From Wallemia ichthyophaga EXF-994 (Eukaryota; Fungi; Basidiomycota), in contig NW_008806283.1 in assembly GCF_000400465.1 (NCBI RefSeq), positions 20,001 through 268,000 of the forward strand: a stretch of 248,000 nt of DNA. The letters are read 5' to 3'. Positions 187,150 through 200,267 of this stretch are shown here, in pieces. The translations under genes and the position numbers were made by a program. Positions within the stretch are counted from its first letter, which is position 1; the number at the start of each line of letters is the position of its first letter. The notes under the pieces were generated by a model. The model searched no databases. It saw nothing but the letters and a program-made list of their open reading frames with translations, and was not told the DNA's origin.

Positions 187150-187920
187150 TGATTTGGCGACTAATTCAAAAGCATCTTTATCGGTATTAGCGCCGTGCAA
187201 TGCTCTGCTCGTCCAGTTATGTGGTATGTCGCAAGGAGAGTTTTGATATTTCGAAATGCAACTTCATACTATCCTGCCTTCTGTGATTTCAACGCAGACT
187301 TGATTGCCTTTTACAAGTCTATTATTCGAAATATCAAAATGCACTTGGTCTATCCAAAACCCCCCGATTCAAAGTTGGATTGAACTCCACTTGTCTTTGC
187401 ATGAATCGATTGTTCAAAGTCGAAGATGATCCAGAATGGTAAAACATTTCCCCTGTAGACACTGTTTGTCGGAAAACGTTAATCGCGTCTAGAAGTGTGA
187501 GCATTTGTAATTTTGGGTTCTTGCGCTCTTCATCAGCAAAAATTGATTGTATCGATCACTTAATCGCGTCAAATCCTCCACTTTTATCCCATAGCGCGCT
187601 AAAGAGTGTTGTCGGATTGTAATTTCCGAGCATCTTATAGGACGCAATTGGAGGCTCAGGGACATAATTGTGGTAAAAAATTTTAGAGCTTATTCAGGGC
187701 TACCTATGAAATTCTTTTATTTGAGATCATTCAAACTCGTAAAATGAGATGGGTGGTGGTAGTCGAGAATCCAACTCAGTGGATATCGAGAGGAGAGTTA
187801 ATCTGGAAACATATTTAGATTGCTGGAGATGCCATGAGATCTATTGTCCTGCTAAACTGTTCAAATTGTTAGTATTATCTCAGCATTCGTCTTCTGACAT
187901 ACTTGGTCAATTGCGGGGTG
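187150..187920 (-). repeat. Dispersed decayed gene family, copy 4
   Basis: YVPEPP..NPTTLFSALWD..LTLLDAINVFRQ..WIDQVHF; GTATGT..CTAAC..CAG intron. Confidence 0.75.
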
Positions 187921-188186
187921 AACTAAGTTTGTTTCGTTCATTGGAGTGAGGGGCTATTCAATCCTATTAAACATGTTATCATACTCAGTCTAGCCCTTAA
188001 AAACATGCAGACAACAAAGGTAAAATAATTGTGCAAAGTGTTTGAAATGTTAATATAAGATTTTGAATACATTGGAGAAGTTGATACAGAAAGAACATAA
188101 GCGTGAAACGGAAAGCAAGAGTTAAGAATACAAGGGAGCGTATAAACCGAAATGAGATAAGCTCCAAATAAATACCTTTAGTCAGC

Positions 188187-189395
188187 TCATTTTGCTGACT
188201 TGTTTTGCTGTTGAGCTAACACACTCAAGAATTTGGCTTGACATTCCGTACTGCTAACGCCACAGGTAGCTTTAGCGGTGAGCTGAGAACACAAGTCGTC
188301 GAGATCGAAAGTCTGCTCGGGGATGTCCTTTCCAAGATCCTTCCACGTCCTTCTCACAACGGCATCGACGGGTTCATTGTTTTCGTTGGCAATCATCTCT
188401 ACCATCCTCTTAATCTCTTGGATAAGGTATGGGCTTATCTTGGACACATCCTCGTGGTGGGATTGAACGATACCCATTTGCTCCATCTTGGACTTGACCT
188501 GTGGACATTTGAGTCTCTCCTCTGGATCAGAAAGAGCTTGAGCAAGTTCAAGGATGGTAGGTGGAGGGCCGATAATGGATTCAGATGGGGGCTTTTTGTT
188601 AGCAGACAAAGATGCGGAGGCGGAGGGAGACGGTATAGAAGGGTTCGATTGGTTTTGGTCGAACATGAAGTCATTCTGGAGACCGAAGTCGTTGAGGAAG
188701 TCATCAAGTACGCCTGCGCCAGTGTTATTAAGATTAGAAGAATTATCCCTGTATTCAGCAGCGCTATTCAGGTTTGGAAGAGGGGAAGGAGATTTGTGGA
188801 AAGACCTAGAGTTTGAGTTGGATTGAGGTGGAGGGAATTGGAAAGTGAATGCCGAGTGTTTAAGAGTCATGTTCTCCTGTTGAAGTCTACTGAGGAGGTC
188901 TTTGAGGTTGGTGTTCTCTTCAGCCTGTGCAGCGACCTTGTCCTCAAGGACCTTAACGTGCTTCTCTTTTCTCTCTCTAAAAGCACGCTGAGCAGCTCTA
189001 TTCTGTTCCTTACGCTTACTGGTGCTGTTAGGTTTTGAATTGCGAGTAAGTTCACTGGAAGAGTCAGAAGAGCGTCTGTTGTTTGTGCTCTTGGAGGTGT
189101 GCTGTTCATTATCAAGTAGCTCATCACTCGCCTTACGCTTATCGCTGTCTTTATCTTTATCCTGAGTTTGGCTGTGTGAAGATTCAGGACTAGAAGTGTC
189201 GTTGTTTGTTAAGGGAGGAGTTGGATTCTCGTTGTATTCGGATTTAAAGTCAGGGAATTGGCTTGTGGCTACCAAATTGGGTAAGTCTGTCAAATGATTT
189301 GGATTAATTCCAGAATCAAATAATTTGTTGTGGCCATTGTTATTCCCATAATTCCCAACTTGCTGCTTAAGCATTTCTAAGAAATCTAAATCCAT
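188187..189395 (-). CDS. YAP1: Yap1/Pap1-like bZIP transcription factor
   Basis: KRKEQNRAAQRAFRERKE, C-terminal LDDLCSQL..KATC. Confidence 0.88.
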   Translation of the reverse strand: MDLDFLEMLKQQVGNYGNNNGHNKLFDSGINPNHLTDLPNLVATSQFPDFKSEYNENPTPPLTNNDTSSPESSHSQTQDKDKDSDKRKASDELLDNEQHTSKSTNNRRSSDSSSELTRNSKPNSTSKRKEQNRAAQRAFRERKEKHVKVLEDKVAAQAEENTNLKDLLSRLQQENMTLKHSAFTFQFPPPQSNSNSRSFHKSPSPLPNLNSAAEYRDNSSNLNNTGAGVLDDFLNDFGLQNDFMFDQNQSNPSIPSPSASASLSANKKPPSESIIGPPPTILELAQALSDPEERLKCPQVKSKMEQMGIVQSHHEDVSKISPYLIQEIKRMVEMIANENNEPVDAVVRRTWKDLGKDIPEQTFDLDDLCSQLTAKATCGVSSTECQAKFLSVLAQQQNKSAK

Positions 189396-189865
189396 TTGTC
189401 CTTATTGCTGGTCGTGGGATGAACAGGGCAACGTGTGAGTTGAGATAGCTGGTAGATCAACGGGAATATTTTTTATTTTAATTTTAAAAAGAGGGAATTG
189501 GTGTTTGGTTGGTTGTACATCTCTCATATTCATTATCGACGCACTTAAGTTTACTGGGTACCTCCACCCAGCTTTGTAAGCAACTGAATTTTGGGTTTTC
189601 GGGCCTTATTTTAGTATGTGTGAATTTCTGGTAGCTGAATTAGTATATTTATGTGGTCAAATGACTTTAAATCAACTTATTTCAGGTAACATCCCTAGAC
189701 AAAATTACATCACAGCTTTGATATTTGATAGTGGATTGAATTCATTTTGAATATACACGCATACACGCTTATTCTACATACAATTCAATTTAATAATCTC
189801 TTCTACTCTTCTTTTCACTTCTCTTCTTCTTCTGCGCTCAGACGCTGTCACTTTAAGTCACATCC

Positions 189866-190895
189866 ATGGAAATATCGTTAGTTGCGGGTATTCAACACTC
189901 ACTCACAATTCACAATCTTCAGATCTTGCTTACAAGGTGGCTATCATAAGCCATTATCCCGGCAGTGGCAGAATCAGGGCAAGTCACTCGACAAATCCAT
190001 GTTCATGTACCCAATTTTCATCACGGATGATCCACAAGCAAGTGATGAGATTACTTCTCTCCCCAATCAGCGTAGATGGGGTGTCAACAGGCTCGAAGAG
190101 TTTCTACGCCCTTTGATTAGCAAAGGACTCAGCAGCGTTATTCTATTTGGTGTTCCTTTCAACATGAACAAGGATGGCAGGGGAAGTGCAGCAGATGATC
190201 CCAACACTCCCGTCATACAAGCCATCCACACTCTCAAACGTCTCTTTCCAGACTTATACATAGCTTGCGATGTCTGTTTGTGTGAGTACACAGACCACGG
190301 CCACTGCGGACTGCTGCGTGAAGATGGCACTCTCTTCTCTCACGAGTCTGCTCAGCGTATTGGCGAGGTGGCGCTAGCATATGCTCGAGCAGGCGCTGAC
190401 TGCGTCGCCCCTTCTGACATGATGGATGGGCGTATATCACAAATCAAGCGTCGTCTCATAGACTCTGGTTATGGTAACAGAGTGATGCTAATGTCCTACT
190501 CTGCAAAGTTCTCCACTTCTCTCTACGGTCCATTCAGAGAAGCTGCAGGATCAGCTCCTTCATTCGGTGATAGGAAATGCTACCAATTACCCCCACACGG
190601 TAGAGGTTTAGCAAGACGTGCTGTTCAACGTGACTTAAACGAGGGCGCCGATTGCGTCATGGTTAAACCATCTCTCCCTTACCTCGATGTGATATCAGAT
190701 ACTGCTCAGCTCGCTCGTGATTACCCAGTCGCGTGTTATGTTGTCTCGGGTGAGTTTGCAATGATGCACGCCGGTGCTAAGGCGGGTATATACGATTTAA
190801 AAAAGATAGCCTTTGAAACGCATGAGAGTTTTCTGCGCGCAGGTGCTAACATATTCCTCACATACTTTACACCGGAGTTTCTCGAGTGGTTGTAG
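189866..190895 (+). CDS. HEM2: Porphobilinogen synthase
   Basis: CDVCLCEYTDHGHCG, APSDMMDGR, MVKP. Confidence 0.97.
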
Positions 190896-190933
190896 TAGTT
190901 TACAATATAAGATACAAGACAAAGACATATAAA

Positions 190934-191611
190934 TTAAATTCGTTGATTCTGCGTTGGACGCGTGTCTATGTCAGTAGTTTCCAAGCTATCAACATCTTCT
191001 AGACTGCGCTTGGATTGAGAAAACAAGTTGGAATTTGGCTGATTTGCCATGGCCAGAGAGGCCTTGTAGATGGATTCAAATTCCTGCGCAAGATCAGTAT
191101 TAAGGTGTTCAAATGAGCTGCAACGCACCTTCAACTGTGATTGGAAACCGAGGTTAGGTGAAATGCAGTATCTCTTGTTCTGCACGTAATGAGTTGCTTC
191201 TTCGAAAGACAACTGAGCAGCTTCCATGACATACATAATCGTAATGGCAGGGCCTCTGCTAATACCGCCATTACAAACAATAAGAACTTTACCGTTCAAT
191301 TCCAATGCGTTGTAGATAAAGGAGCGTGCTTGTGGGTAGATTCTGATTAGATTCTGCTCCTCACTATCACGGACATCCAAGACCAGATATTTGAACTGAT
191401 CTGGGAACCTCGGTCGAACGAAAACAGCCTCAGCCTCACCACGAATGCAGATGATGTGGGTGATGTTGGTGGATCTGAGGTATTCTGTATCTTTGCTGCA
191501 TTGATATGGTCCTAATATTAAGCCTGGGATTATTTCCTGGCATTCTCTTCTCATTTCGTAGCTGTATGTGGTCTTAGTGGTGTTTGTTTGTTCGTTAATG
191601 GATGCACTCAC
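190934..191611 (-). CDS. STYX-like dual-specificity phosphatase
   Basis: [35 protein letters not shown]. Confidence 0.8.
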   Translation of the reverse strand: MSASINEQTNTTKTTYSYEMRRECQEIIPGLILGPYQCSKDTEYLRSTNITHIICIRGEAEAVFVRPRFPDQFKYLVLDVRDSEEQNLIRIYPQARSFIYNALELNGKVLIVCNGGISRGPAITIMYVMEAAQLSFEEATHYVQNKRYCISPNLGFQSQLKVRCSSFEHLNTDLAQEFESIYKASLAMANQPNSNLFSQSKRSLEDVDSLETTDIDTRPTQNQRI

Positions 191612-191724
191612 CGCCAGTCAGTGACGCCATCAAACAGATAAGCGTTTGGTGCGCTGGTTGCGCTCGATGGCTTATCAATGTCCATGTATTTGATGCTGGT
191701 GGTTACTCTCCAACGCCCACTCTA

Positions 191725-192904
191725 ATGGCTCAGCTCGACGATGAAATTCCACAGCTAATTACTCACGATAAGCGCGTACCCTTGACCATTCTCACTGGAT
191801 ACCTCGGTGCGGGTAAATCCACGCTTATCAAACACATTCTCACTCAACAACATGGCCACAGAATTGCCGTTATTGTGAATGAATTCGGTGATACTGCTGA
191901 TATTGAGCGTGGGTTGGTCTACTCGCGCTATTCCTTCCTTCTCACTCTACTGTTCGCTTCCAGGCCGTTCCGTATCCGTCGACGACGAAGAACAGCTCCT
192001 CGAACTCGACAATGGCTGTCTGTGTTGTTCGATACGCGATGCAGGTGTTGCTGCTATTGCGAAAATGATGCGCAAAAAGGGCAAATTCGACTACATCATA
192101 CTAGAAACAACTGGTCTGGCTGATCCATCTGGTCTAGCGCAGTTGTTCTGGGAGAATGAGCTGTTTATACCAGATATATACCTCGATGGTGTGGTCTGTG
192201 TGGTTGATGCTAGGAATGTCCTCCACCAGCTCTCCTCAGACAATCAATGCGTCAGACAGATAGCCTCGGCTGATTCGCTTATCGTTAATAAGGTTGATCT
192301 CGTTGGCAGTGAAGTGCTGGAGCAAGTAAAGCACGCGTTGTTGTCCATCAACTCTTCTGCTCCTCTTCATTACACTACCTACAGCACACTCAACCTCCAT
192401 CACGTCATCGACCTCAACGCTTATGATGGTCAGGCGCAGACCCAGGAGCAGATCAAAACACAGACGCAAATGCAGTCAGAGGAAGTGACACTTTCACGCT
192501 CTACACACTCACACCCAGACTCACACTCACATCCACACCCACACTTACACTTATTCGGGATATCGAGCATACATCTGCAAACACCTCCACTATCCACGGC
192601 CAAATACGCCACGCTCGACAAATGGCTTCGCTGTGTACTATGGGAAAGTACACTTCCCTGTATTGAAGACCTAGTCGAGAAGAACGATATGGAGATACTA
192701 CGCACGAAAGGTGTAGTTAGCGTGTTAGGTGACGGTGTGCACATCCTGCAGGGTGTCAGAGATATGTATGAGCTGAAGCGGGTGTCGGCAGGTAAAGAGG
192801 GTGACACTGACACACGCGCGCCTGGAAAGATAGTTTTTATCGGCAAGAACGTCGACCACCGCCTATTTGCAACGAGTTTCAGTCGCTACATGGAATCAAT
192901 GTGA
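191725..192904 (+). CDS. ZNG1: CobW/COG0523 Zn-chaperone GTPase
   Basis: [28 protein letters not shown]. Confidence 0.9.
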
Positions 192905-192916
192905 TTTGAAGGAGTA

Positions 192917-195900
192917 TTATGCATGTTTGAGTCTATTGAGTGTATTTAGAGAATGTGTGTGTGTAAGTGAATAGTCATGAGTATGTGCGTGAGCATGAGA
193001 ATGAGCACCAGCCACCGTATCATGAGCTATCTGTGCCCTATCAATACATTCAATCGGCAGACCGGCGAGTCTAGCGACGATGATGCCATGGCTCTCTTTG
193101 CAAACACCTTTTCGAAGTGTATACGTAAACCTGAATGCATCTCCGCCATCGACCAGATCAGTGCTGAGATACTGGATAGGAAGGGTATCCGCGAGCATAT
193201 CATCCAGCTCGTGAAAGTGTGTAGCGAAGAAAGTGCGACACTTGTTAGTCAGTGCGAGATGTACCACAATCGCATAAGCCAGTGCGAGTCCATCGAGTGA
193301 GGTGGTACCCCGTCCTATCTCATCCATGATCACAAGCGAGCGCGGCGTAGCCATCTGTAATATCTCCCCAGCTTCCGTCATCTCCACCTGTATTTGTAGT
193401 CTGCGTCAGTCTCAGTCGTCACGCACGCGCGCACTCCGCTCAATAAACTAACCATGAATGTTGACTGCCCCGCACTGAGATCGTCGCTCGCGCCAATGCG
193501 CGAAAATAATCGGTCTACCACCCCGATCGTTGCAGCGGTCGCAGGCACGAATGAACCAGCCTGTGCGAGCACGACTATGATAGCATTCTGGCGCAAGTAA
193601 GTGGATTTTCCGCCCTGTATGTGTGTTAGAGGGAGTGAGGGGGGTATGAGAGGGGCATCTGAGAAATTGAGCACCCTTCCAAGCAACCCGACCCACCATA
193701 TTAGGACCGAAGATGGCGCAAACGAATGAGTCATCTTGCATAAGCACGTCATTCGGCGTGAAGCTATTGAGTGAGTCCTGCAGAGCCACTTCGACAGCAG
193801 GGTGGCGACCCTGTGAGATATGCAAGGCACGGTCGACCGTCATGGCTGGCCGCACCCATGCACGCTCATCGGCTAGCTCCGCGAGACTGCACAACACATC
193901 TAGCTGGGCAAGGAGGTGGGTATTAGCGCGGAAACGCTCACTTTCCTTCGCCAGTTCCCCTTTAAGTCCAGTGAGAGCCTCACGCTCAGCTCCTTCGAGC
194001 TGCTCGGATACCTCCACAATGGAAGACTTGAGTGCAGTCCATCGAGGATGAGCGTACGTGGCTGTAGACTTACCACTCGCTATTAACTGGTATGCTCCCG
194101 GTAATGCCTTCAAGCTGCTCTTGCGCGCTGTTATGTAATGGCCTAGTTTCTGATTGGACCGCAGTGCTACGTGCGTTGGGTCGCTCGCGCGCACTTCCCC
194201 ACGCACCTCTCTCGCCAACTTGGCTCGCTCGCCGTATAACCTATCGAGCTTCTTGTTTAGCCGCGCTATTGTAGCGCTGTATGTTGGTGCTATCGACCGC
194301 TTCAGGTCGTCGTGGTAGTTGTCACCGTTGCGTTCACGCCCATCCTTCTCGATAGCCTCCCTCTCCCTCTCCCTCTCTTCTGGCAAACCTTGTATCTCCT
194401 CCCGCTGCTCACTCTCACTCTCACTCGCCTCCTTGGCGCGCAGGCCGTCTTCAATGATAACCGAGTCGATGCGCTCCGCAAAGGTTATAAGGGGGTGTAG
194501 GGATTCAGTGAGAGTGAGGAGAGCATGCCAGTCGTCGTTGTCATAATTGTTTTCACTAACGCATCCACTCTGCTGCCCACGCTCATGCACCCACTCGGCG
194601 CGAATACGCCTGACGACCTCCTCCGTTTTCTCAATAACGCCCTTAACAGCGAGGAGGAGGGAGGGAGTGAAGTTATTATTGAGGAGCACGCGCTGGAGAA
194701 GACGAGGACCATCTTGAGTGTCACGTAATAAAGCGCGCACGTCTCTCCGCAGCTGTGTGCGCGACAGGAAAATGGCAACGGCTGCGTGGCGAGAGCGTAT
194801 AACGGAGAGATCAGCAGAAGGCTCGCACAGCCACTGTTCTAGTAGGCGGTGGCCGGGCTGTGTGATGGTGCGGCGCACTGCTCTCATCAGACTCCCTGAA
194901 GTGCGGTTGGACCGTATCGTCGTCTTTAACTCTAGACCGCGAATCGTGGGCGCGTCGAGCATTAATGTCGCTTTTTCCTCGCGCTTAGGTTGCAGAGATG
195001 GCGTGTCGTCTATTAGCGACGCCTGAAGACGCGTTTGGAGGAGTGATATGGCTGTGTGTTCATGGGGAGTGTATTGGGTGTGGGTGGATGCGGAGGGGTT
195101 TGCGTTGGGTTGACTGTATGAGATGATGGAGTCGTGTGCGCCAAGTGATTGTCGCAACTTGTGTGCTTCTGCAGTCGTTGTGCCACCATCAAAAACAATC
195201 TCAGACGGGGATAAACGTGCAATATAGCTCTTCAAATCAGATAAGCTGGATGACGCAGTTGAAGAGTCACCGGTGGAAATGTCACACCAAGCTGCAGCGA
195301 ATTGGTCTTGCTCAGGGTGAGACACAACTGAGACAATGAAGTTGTGAGTAGTGGGATTGAGAGATGACTCGTCTAGGAGAGTACCAGGGGAGATAACGCG
195401 TGTAACTTTCCTATCAAAAGAGCCAGATTTGTGGTTGTAGAATTGATCGTTAATTGCGACAAATAGGCAGTGATCGACGACTAGAGATCTGAGATGTTTT
195501 GATAGCTGGTAGTAAGGGAAGCCAGCCATAGGGAATTTAGACTTGTTGTACGATTTTTCACCGACGCTGAAACCGAGGAGTTTGGAGAGGAGAAGAGCGT
195601 GGTGGTAGTAAGCCTCGTAGAAGCCACCGACGCGTGTGAGAAGGAGGGTATCTGGGTGGGCGTTGATAGTATTGATGACGTTCTTGAGGAGATCAGAGGA
195701 TAAGTGGGAGGGATGGAAGCCGGACGGGTCGGGTGGAGTGGGGGGAGAGGGAGTGAGAGTGGGAGTGAGAGTGGGAGTGATGAGAGGAGTTCCTGGGGTG
195801 CCTGGATTGCCTGGATTGCCTGGTTTGCCTGCGTTGCCGGTGTTGATAGGGCTGAAAGGATCCGATAGCCGAGTAACAACACCACCACCACCACCACCAC

Positions 195901-195973
195901 CCAGACCAGGCTTCGGGAGATTAATCTTAACTCTCGATTTAAATGAATTAAAAATGATTTTATTGAGCCTCAT
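192917..195973 (-). CDS. MSH1: Mitochondrial MutS homolog
   Basis: [35 protein letters not shown]. Confidence 0.9.
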
Positions 195974-196302
195974 CTAGACATAAACACCCAGTGCGTTCAA
196001 TATACTGACCACAGCCACACCGAGAAAGAGTGAAGATAACAAAGCGTAGTAAAATTGGGCTGTGAAATTTTTGTAGTTTCTAAGCGGGGTTAGAGGGTAT
196101 GCGGAGATAAAGAATACACGGACGAATACCAGCTAAACGCCATCAACCCGGAAGATATCAGAGAGAGGACACCGAGGAGTGGGAGCAGACTGGTGTTGAT
196201 TCCCGGGAAGAAGTTTACTTCCTGCTAATAAAACGTTAGGCCATTTTGCACTTTAAATTAAAAATCATTTACGCCGTAAGTCATGGTTCAATTTAAACAG
196301 CC

Positions 196303-198300
196303 ATGGATCAAAACAGACGCTGGGTAAATCCAATCCCAGGGATCCCGATTACGAGGAGAGTGAACAATGCCGGCCGATCCACCATCTCCAGGCCTCCGCG
196401 CGCCACGCCCGGCCATCTCCGTAGCCTCTCTGATACGTCACAGCTATTTATGACGACAGCGCCTTACAATCAATCCACTGCTAAATGTGGCGGTGATGAC
196501 GGCCCACAAAACCCAATAAACAGCTACATCCCCCCTTACCTCCTCCTCTCAAACACCCACGCCCAACTCCCCCTCCTTCCCTCGCAGCTTGACATGAAAA
196601 ATTGCAGACCTTCGAAACTCAACCTGAACCACTCCTGCACTTGCGTAACCTACGCTGGTCCTGCTGACGGCAACGAGAAGGATGCCGCCGCTGTCCGAGC
196701 CAACGAGCCCGTTCCTAGATGTTCCGGCATCTATTATTTGGAGTTTGAAATTCTGAATAGGGGCGACAAGGGTTATATCTCCATTGGCTACGGTAATAAG
196801 ATGTTCAAACTAACCAGATTGCCCGGTTGGGAGTCCTGTTCATGGGGTTATCACGGCGACGATGGCTGCTTCTTTGCCCAAGCAAGCGACGGCTCTAAAT
196901 TTGGTCCTGAGTACTCTACAACCTCTGGCAGCGTTATTGGTATGGGTTTCGACTTTACCCAGAACAAATCCTTCTACACTATCAACGGCACCTTCATCGC
197001 ATACGCCCCAGACCCTCTCCCTTCTCCTCAAATCTGTCCAGACATCTACCCCTGTATCGGTCTACGCTCCGATAACGAGTCTGTCTCTGTAAACTTTGGT
197101 ATCGACCCTAGATCTCCCTTCCGTTTCGATATTGACGGTTACGTTAAGCGTAAGAAGTGGGATGTTATCGCACAAGAGATCGACAACCGCGTCGTTGATT
197201 GGCGTGTCGATAATGAGTCACGTAACGTCGAGTTTGTCCACACACCCGATGAAATGCGCAGCGTACTCGGTGATCGCTACACTTATGGCTCTGCTCAAGA
197301 CGATGATCTTAGTTTGCCCATGGGTGAGCTTGTGATGGAGTATCTTGTTCATTCCTCGTATGCACAATCTGCACGTGCCTTTAACCAGGCTTTGGAGATG
197401 GAGAATAAGGGGAGTAAAGTGCCTATAGGTGGAGTTGCTAGTGGTTTTAGTGGTGCAATGCAAGTAGATCAATCTCAGTCAAGCTCTCACTCCCACTCTC
197501 ACTGGCTTCACTCCTTAGATGAAGCAGCTAATGCAAGTAGAGGCACACGCAATGCAATCCTCGCAGGCGATATCGAACTCGCCATGTCTGAACTACGTGC
197601 GCGCTGGCCGGCTGTTTTGATCGACAACACCACATTAGCGTTCGAGTTATTTCTGAGAAAGTTTGTCGAGCTAGTGATTAAGGCGCATGGCACGACGAAT
197701 GTGGATGATGTAAACGATGATGGTGAGGAGGGTAACCAGGGTGAAGATGGTAAGGGTAAGAATGCAAATACTATCGCCAACTCCACCACATCTACCACAG
197801 ACGCTCCCTCGGAAGATATGGAAATGCTCCAATCGCCCGTGTTTCCTCCACAAATTCCACCACTAGAGTTGCCACATCCTGATCTGATGCGCGCTCCTTC
197901 CCCCGCACCTCATCTCAGTCCACTCGATAAAGCACTCGCTGCAGGAAGAGCATTACAGGCCAAATATCCACCGCAAACGTATCCAGAATTCCAGGAAAGG
198001 ATGCGTGTTGCATTCGCGTTAGTAGCGCATGATCATATCGAAATCGCGCCGCGCGAGTCACTCGATTTGTTCGACACACAAGAGCGGCAAAGATTGTGGG
198101 ATGCGGTAGAGATGGCGATAAATGGTGAGTAATGACATAAACCCAAGCAAATTAAATCATATTCACACTCACACCACCACTCACAGACGCCCAAGGCAAA
198201 CCCAATCAGAGCGCACTCGAACTCGTCGTCCGGCAAGCTGGCGCATCTGTCTCGCAGGCTGCACTCATGGGAGATGGTAAAGCGGCGTATATTGATATAG
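196303..198300 (+). CDS. RanBP9/10-like SPRY-LisH-CTLH protein
   Basis: IYYLEFEI, SWGYHGDDG, LVMEYLVH. Confidence 0.88.
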
Positions 198301-198430
198301 AGGATTATATAAAATAACCATTGTACTATAATTTACATGAAAAATAAATTAAATGCTCGCACGTGAGAAATTTCAGAAGAATCGCCGGCCGGTGTTGGTG
198401 TGGTTATCAACAGCCAGCCATACACCCGCC

Positions 198431-200127
198431 ATGGAAAATGAAAATAAGAAAACGAATTATATTTCAACATACAATCGAGATAGGAATGTGATAGATTTCA
198501 ACGATAAGGATTACGAGGGCAACCAACTCAACGACGATGAACTCGCTGTTAATTTAGAAGCAGAGGAGAAAGTAACGCCGTTCGTAGTATTTCTTACTGT
198601 TAGTGGTGGCTGGGCTGCTAGACGCATCTCATTCCCCCACAGTGCGCTGCTGCCGTTAGTGGCCTTTTATTTGGTCTCGATACGGGGATTATATCGGGTG
198701 CTTTGGTTGAAATGGATGATGCGTTCGATAAGCCTTTAACAGATACTTACAAGGAGCTCATTACATCTGCCACTACTCTCGGGGCCCTCATTTCCTCACT
198801 ATGCGCGGGTATAGCTGCAGATATCATCGGCAGAAGACTCGCTCTCACCGGCGCAGACATCTTCTTCACCGTCGGCGCCATCGTACAAGCTTGTGCTAAG
198901 GATGTGTGGACCATGATCGTAGGCAGATTCATTCTCGGTCTCGGCGTCGGCTGGGCCTCATGTGTTGCGCCGCTCTATATAGGCGAGCTCTCTCCGACTA
199001 GGCTGCGAGGAAGACTTGTCACTGTAAACGGTGCATTCCTCACATTCGGTCAGGTGATAGCATATGCTATCGGTGCAGCCTTTGCCAATGTTGACGACGG
199101 GTGGCGGTACATGGTTGGTCTGTGTGCCGTTCCCTCTGGACTCCAACTCATTGCATTGCATTGGCTACCAGAGTCCCCCCGCTTTCTTCTCTCACGCGGT
199201 AAGGATGAGGGTGCGCGCAAGGTGCTCGCCCGTATATACCCATACATCAACCAAGAGGACATGACGGCCAAGCTGCATGTCCTCCAACAGGGGGTAAAAG
199301 AGTCGCTCGAAATCTCCAACCGCATTCCACTGCATAAGCGAATAGTAAAAATGTTCACCGAACCTGTCGTGCTTAAAGTCACCGTTATCGCAGCAGGTCT
199401 GCAAGCTTTTCAGCAGCTGTCAGGTTTCAACACATTGATGTACTACTCCTCGACTCTCTTTGCGCAGATCGGTTTCGACCAGCCCACCGCAACGGGGCTG
199501 ATTGTCAGCGGGACCAATTTCCTCGGTACGCTTTTCGCACTCAAGTATATTGACGTGATTGGTCGGCGTCGAATAATGCTTATTAGCGCACCTATGCTAG
199601 TCGTCTCGCTAACTTTCGCCAGTATCTGCTTCCATTTCCTGACGCAAGAGACAGGTGGGCATTTCGTAGACGGACACGACTATCCGAGGGTATGGTCTGC
199701 GCTGGTGCTGGTCGCGATTGTGCTCTATGTCCTTTTCTACGCCGTTGGACTGGGTAACGTACCATGGCAGCAGGGCGAGCTGTTCACGCTCGAGTACCGC
199801 GGTATCGGTACATCTCTCGCTACTGCTGCGAACTGGTCGTGCAATTTACTCATATCGCTCACTTATCTCTCGCTCATCAACACTATAACCGCCGCAGGCG
199901 CTTTCGGGTTCTACGCTGGCCTCTGCTTTTTAGGAACCCTCTTCGTCATCTTCTGTTACCCAGATCTCACCAAATTGTCCCTCGAGGAAGTGCAGGATGT
200001 CTTTGCGGGTAAAGGGTTCAAGGATGCCCGGAGAAGAGCGGAGGTTATGCGCAAGTCTAAATCTGAAGTACTTTATAGACTTCATGAGAAGGACGGTGCG
200101 CTGACGCCTGATTCACCGGATGAGTAG
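198431..200127 (+). CDS. ITR1: Myo-inositol/sugar transporter (MFS)
   Basis: GFLFGLDTG, PESPR, QQLSGFNTLMYY. Confidence 0.88.
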
Positions 200128-200267
200128 GAGAAATGCACACACAAAGGGATATAGACACACGGATACATACACAATCACATATATATAAGGATATAGACAT
200201 ATATATAAAGCAGCGGATATGCACCTTGTACCAGTATTGATATAAGTTAATATATTTTGCAACATCG

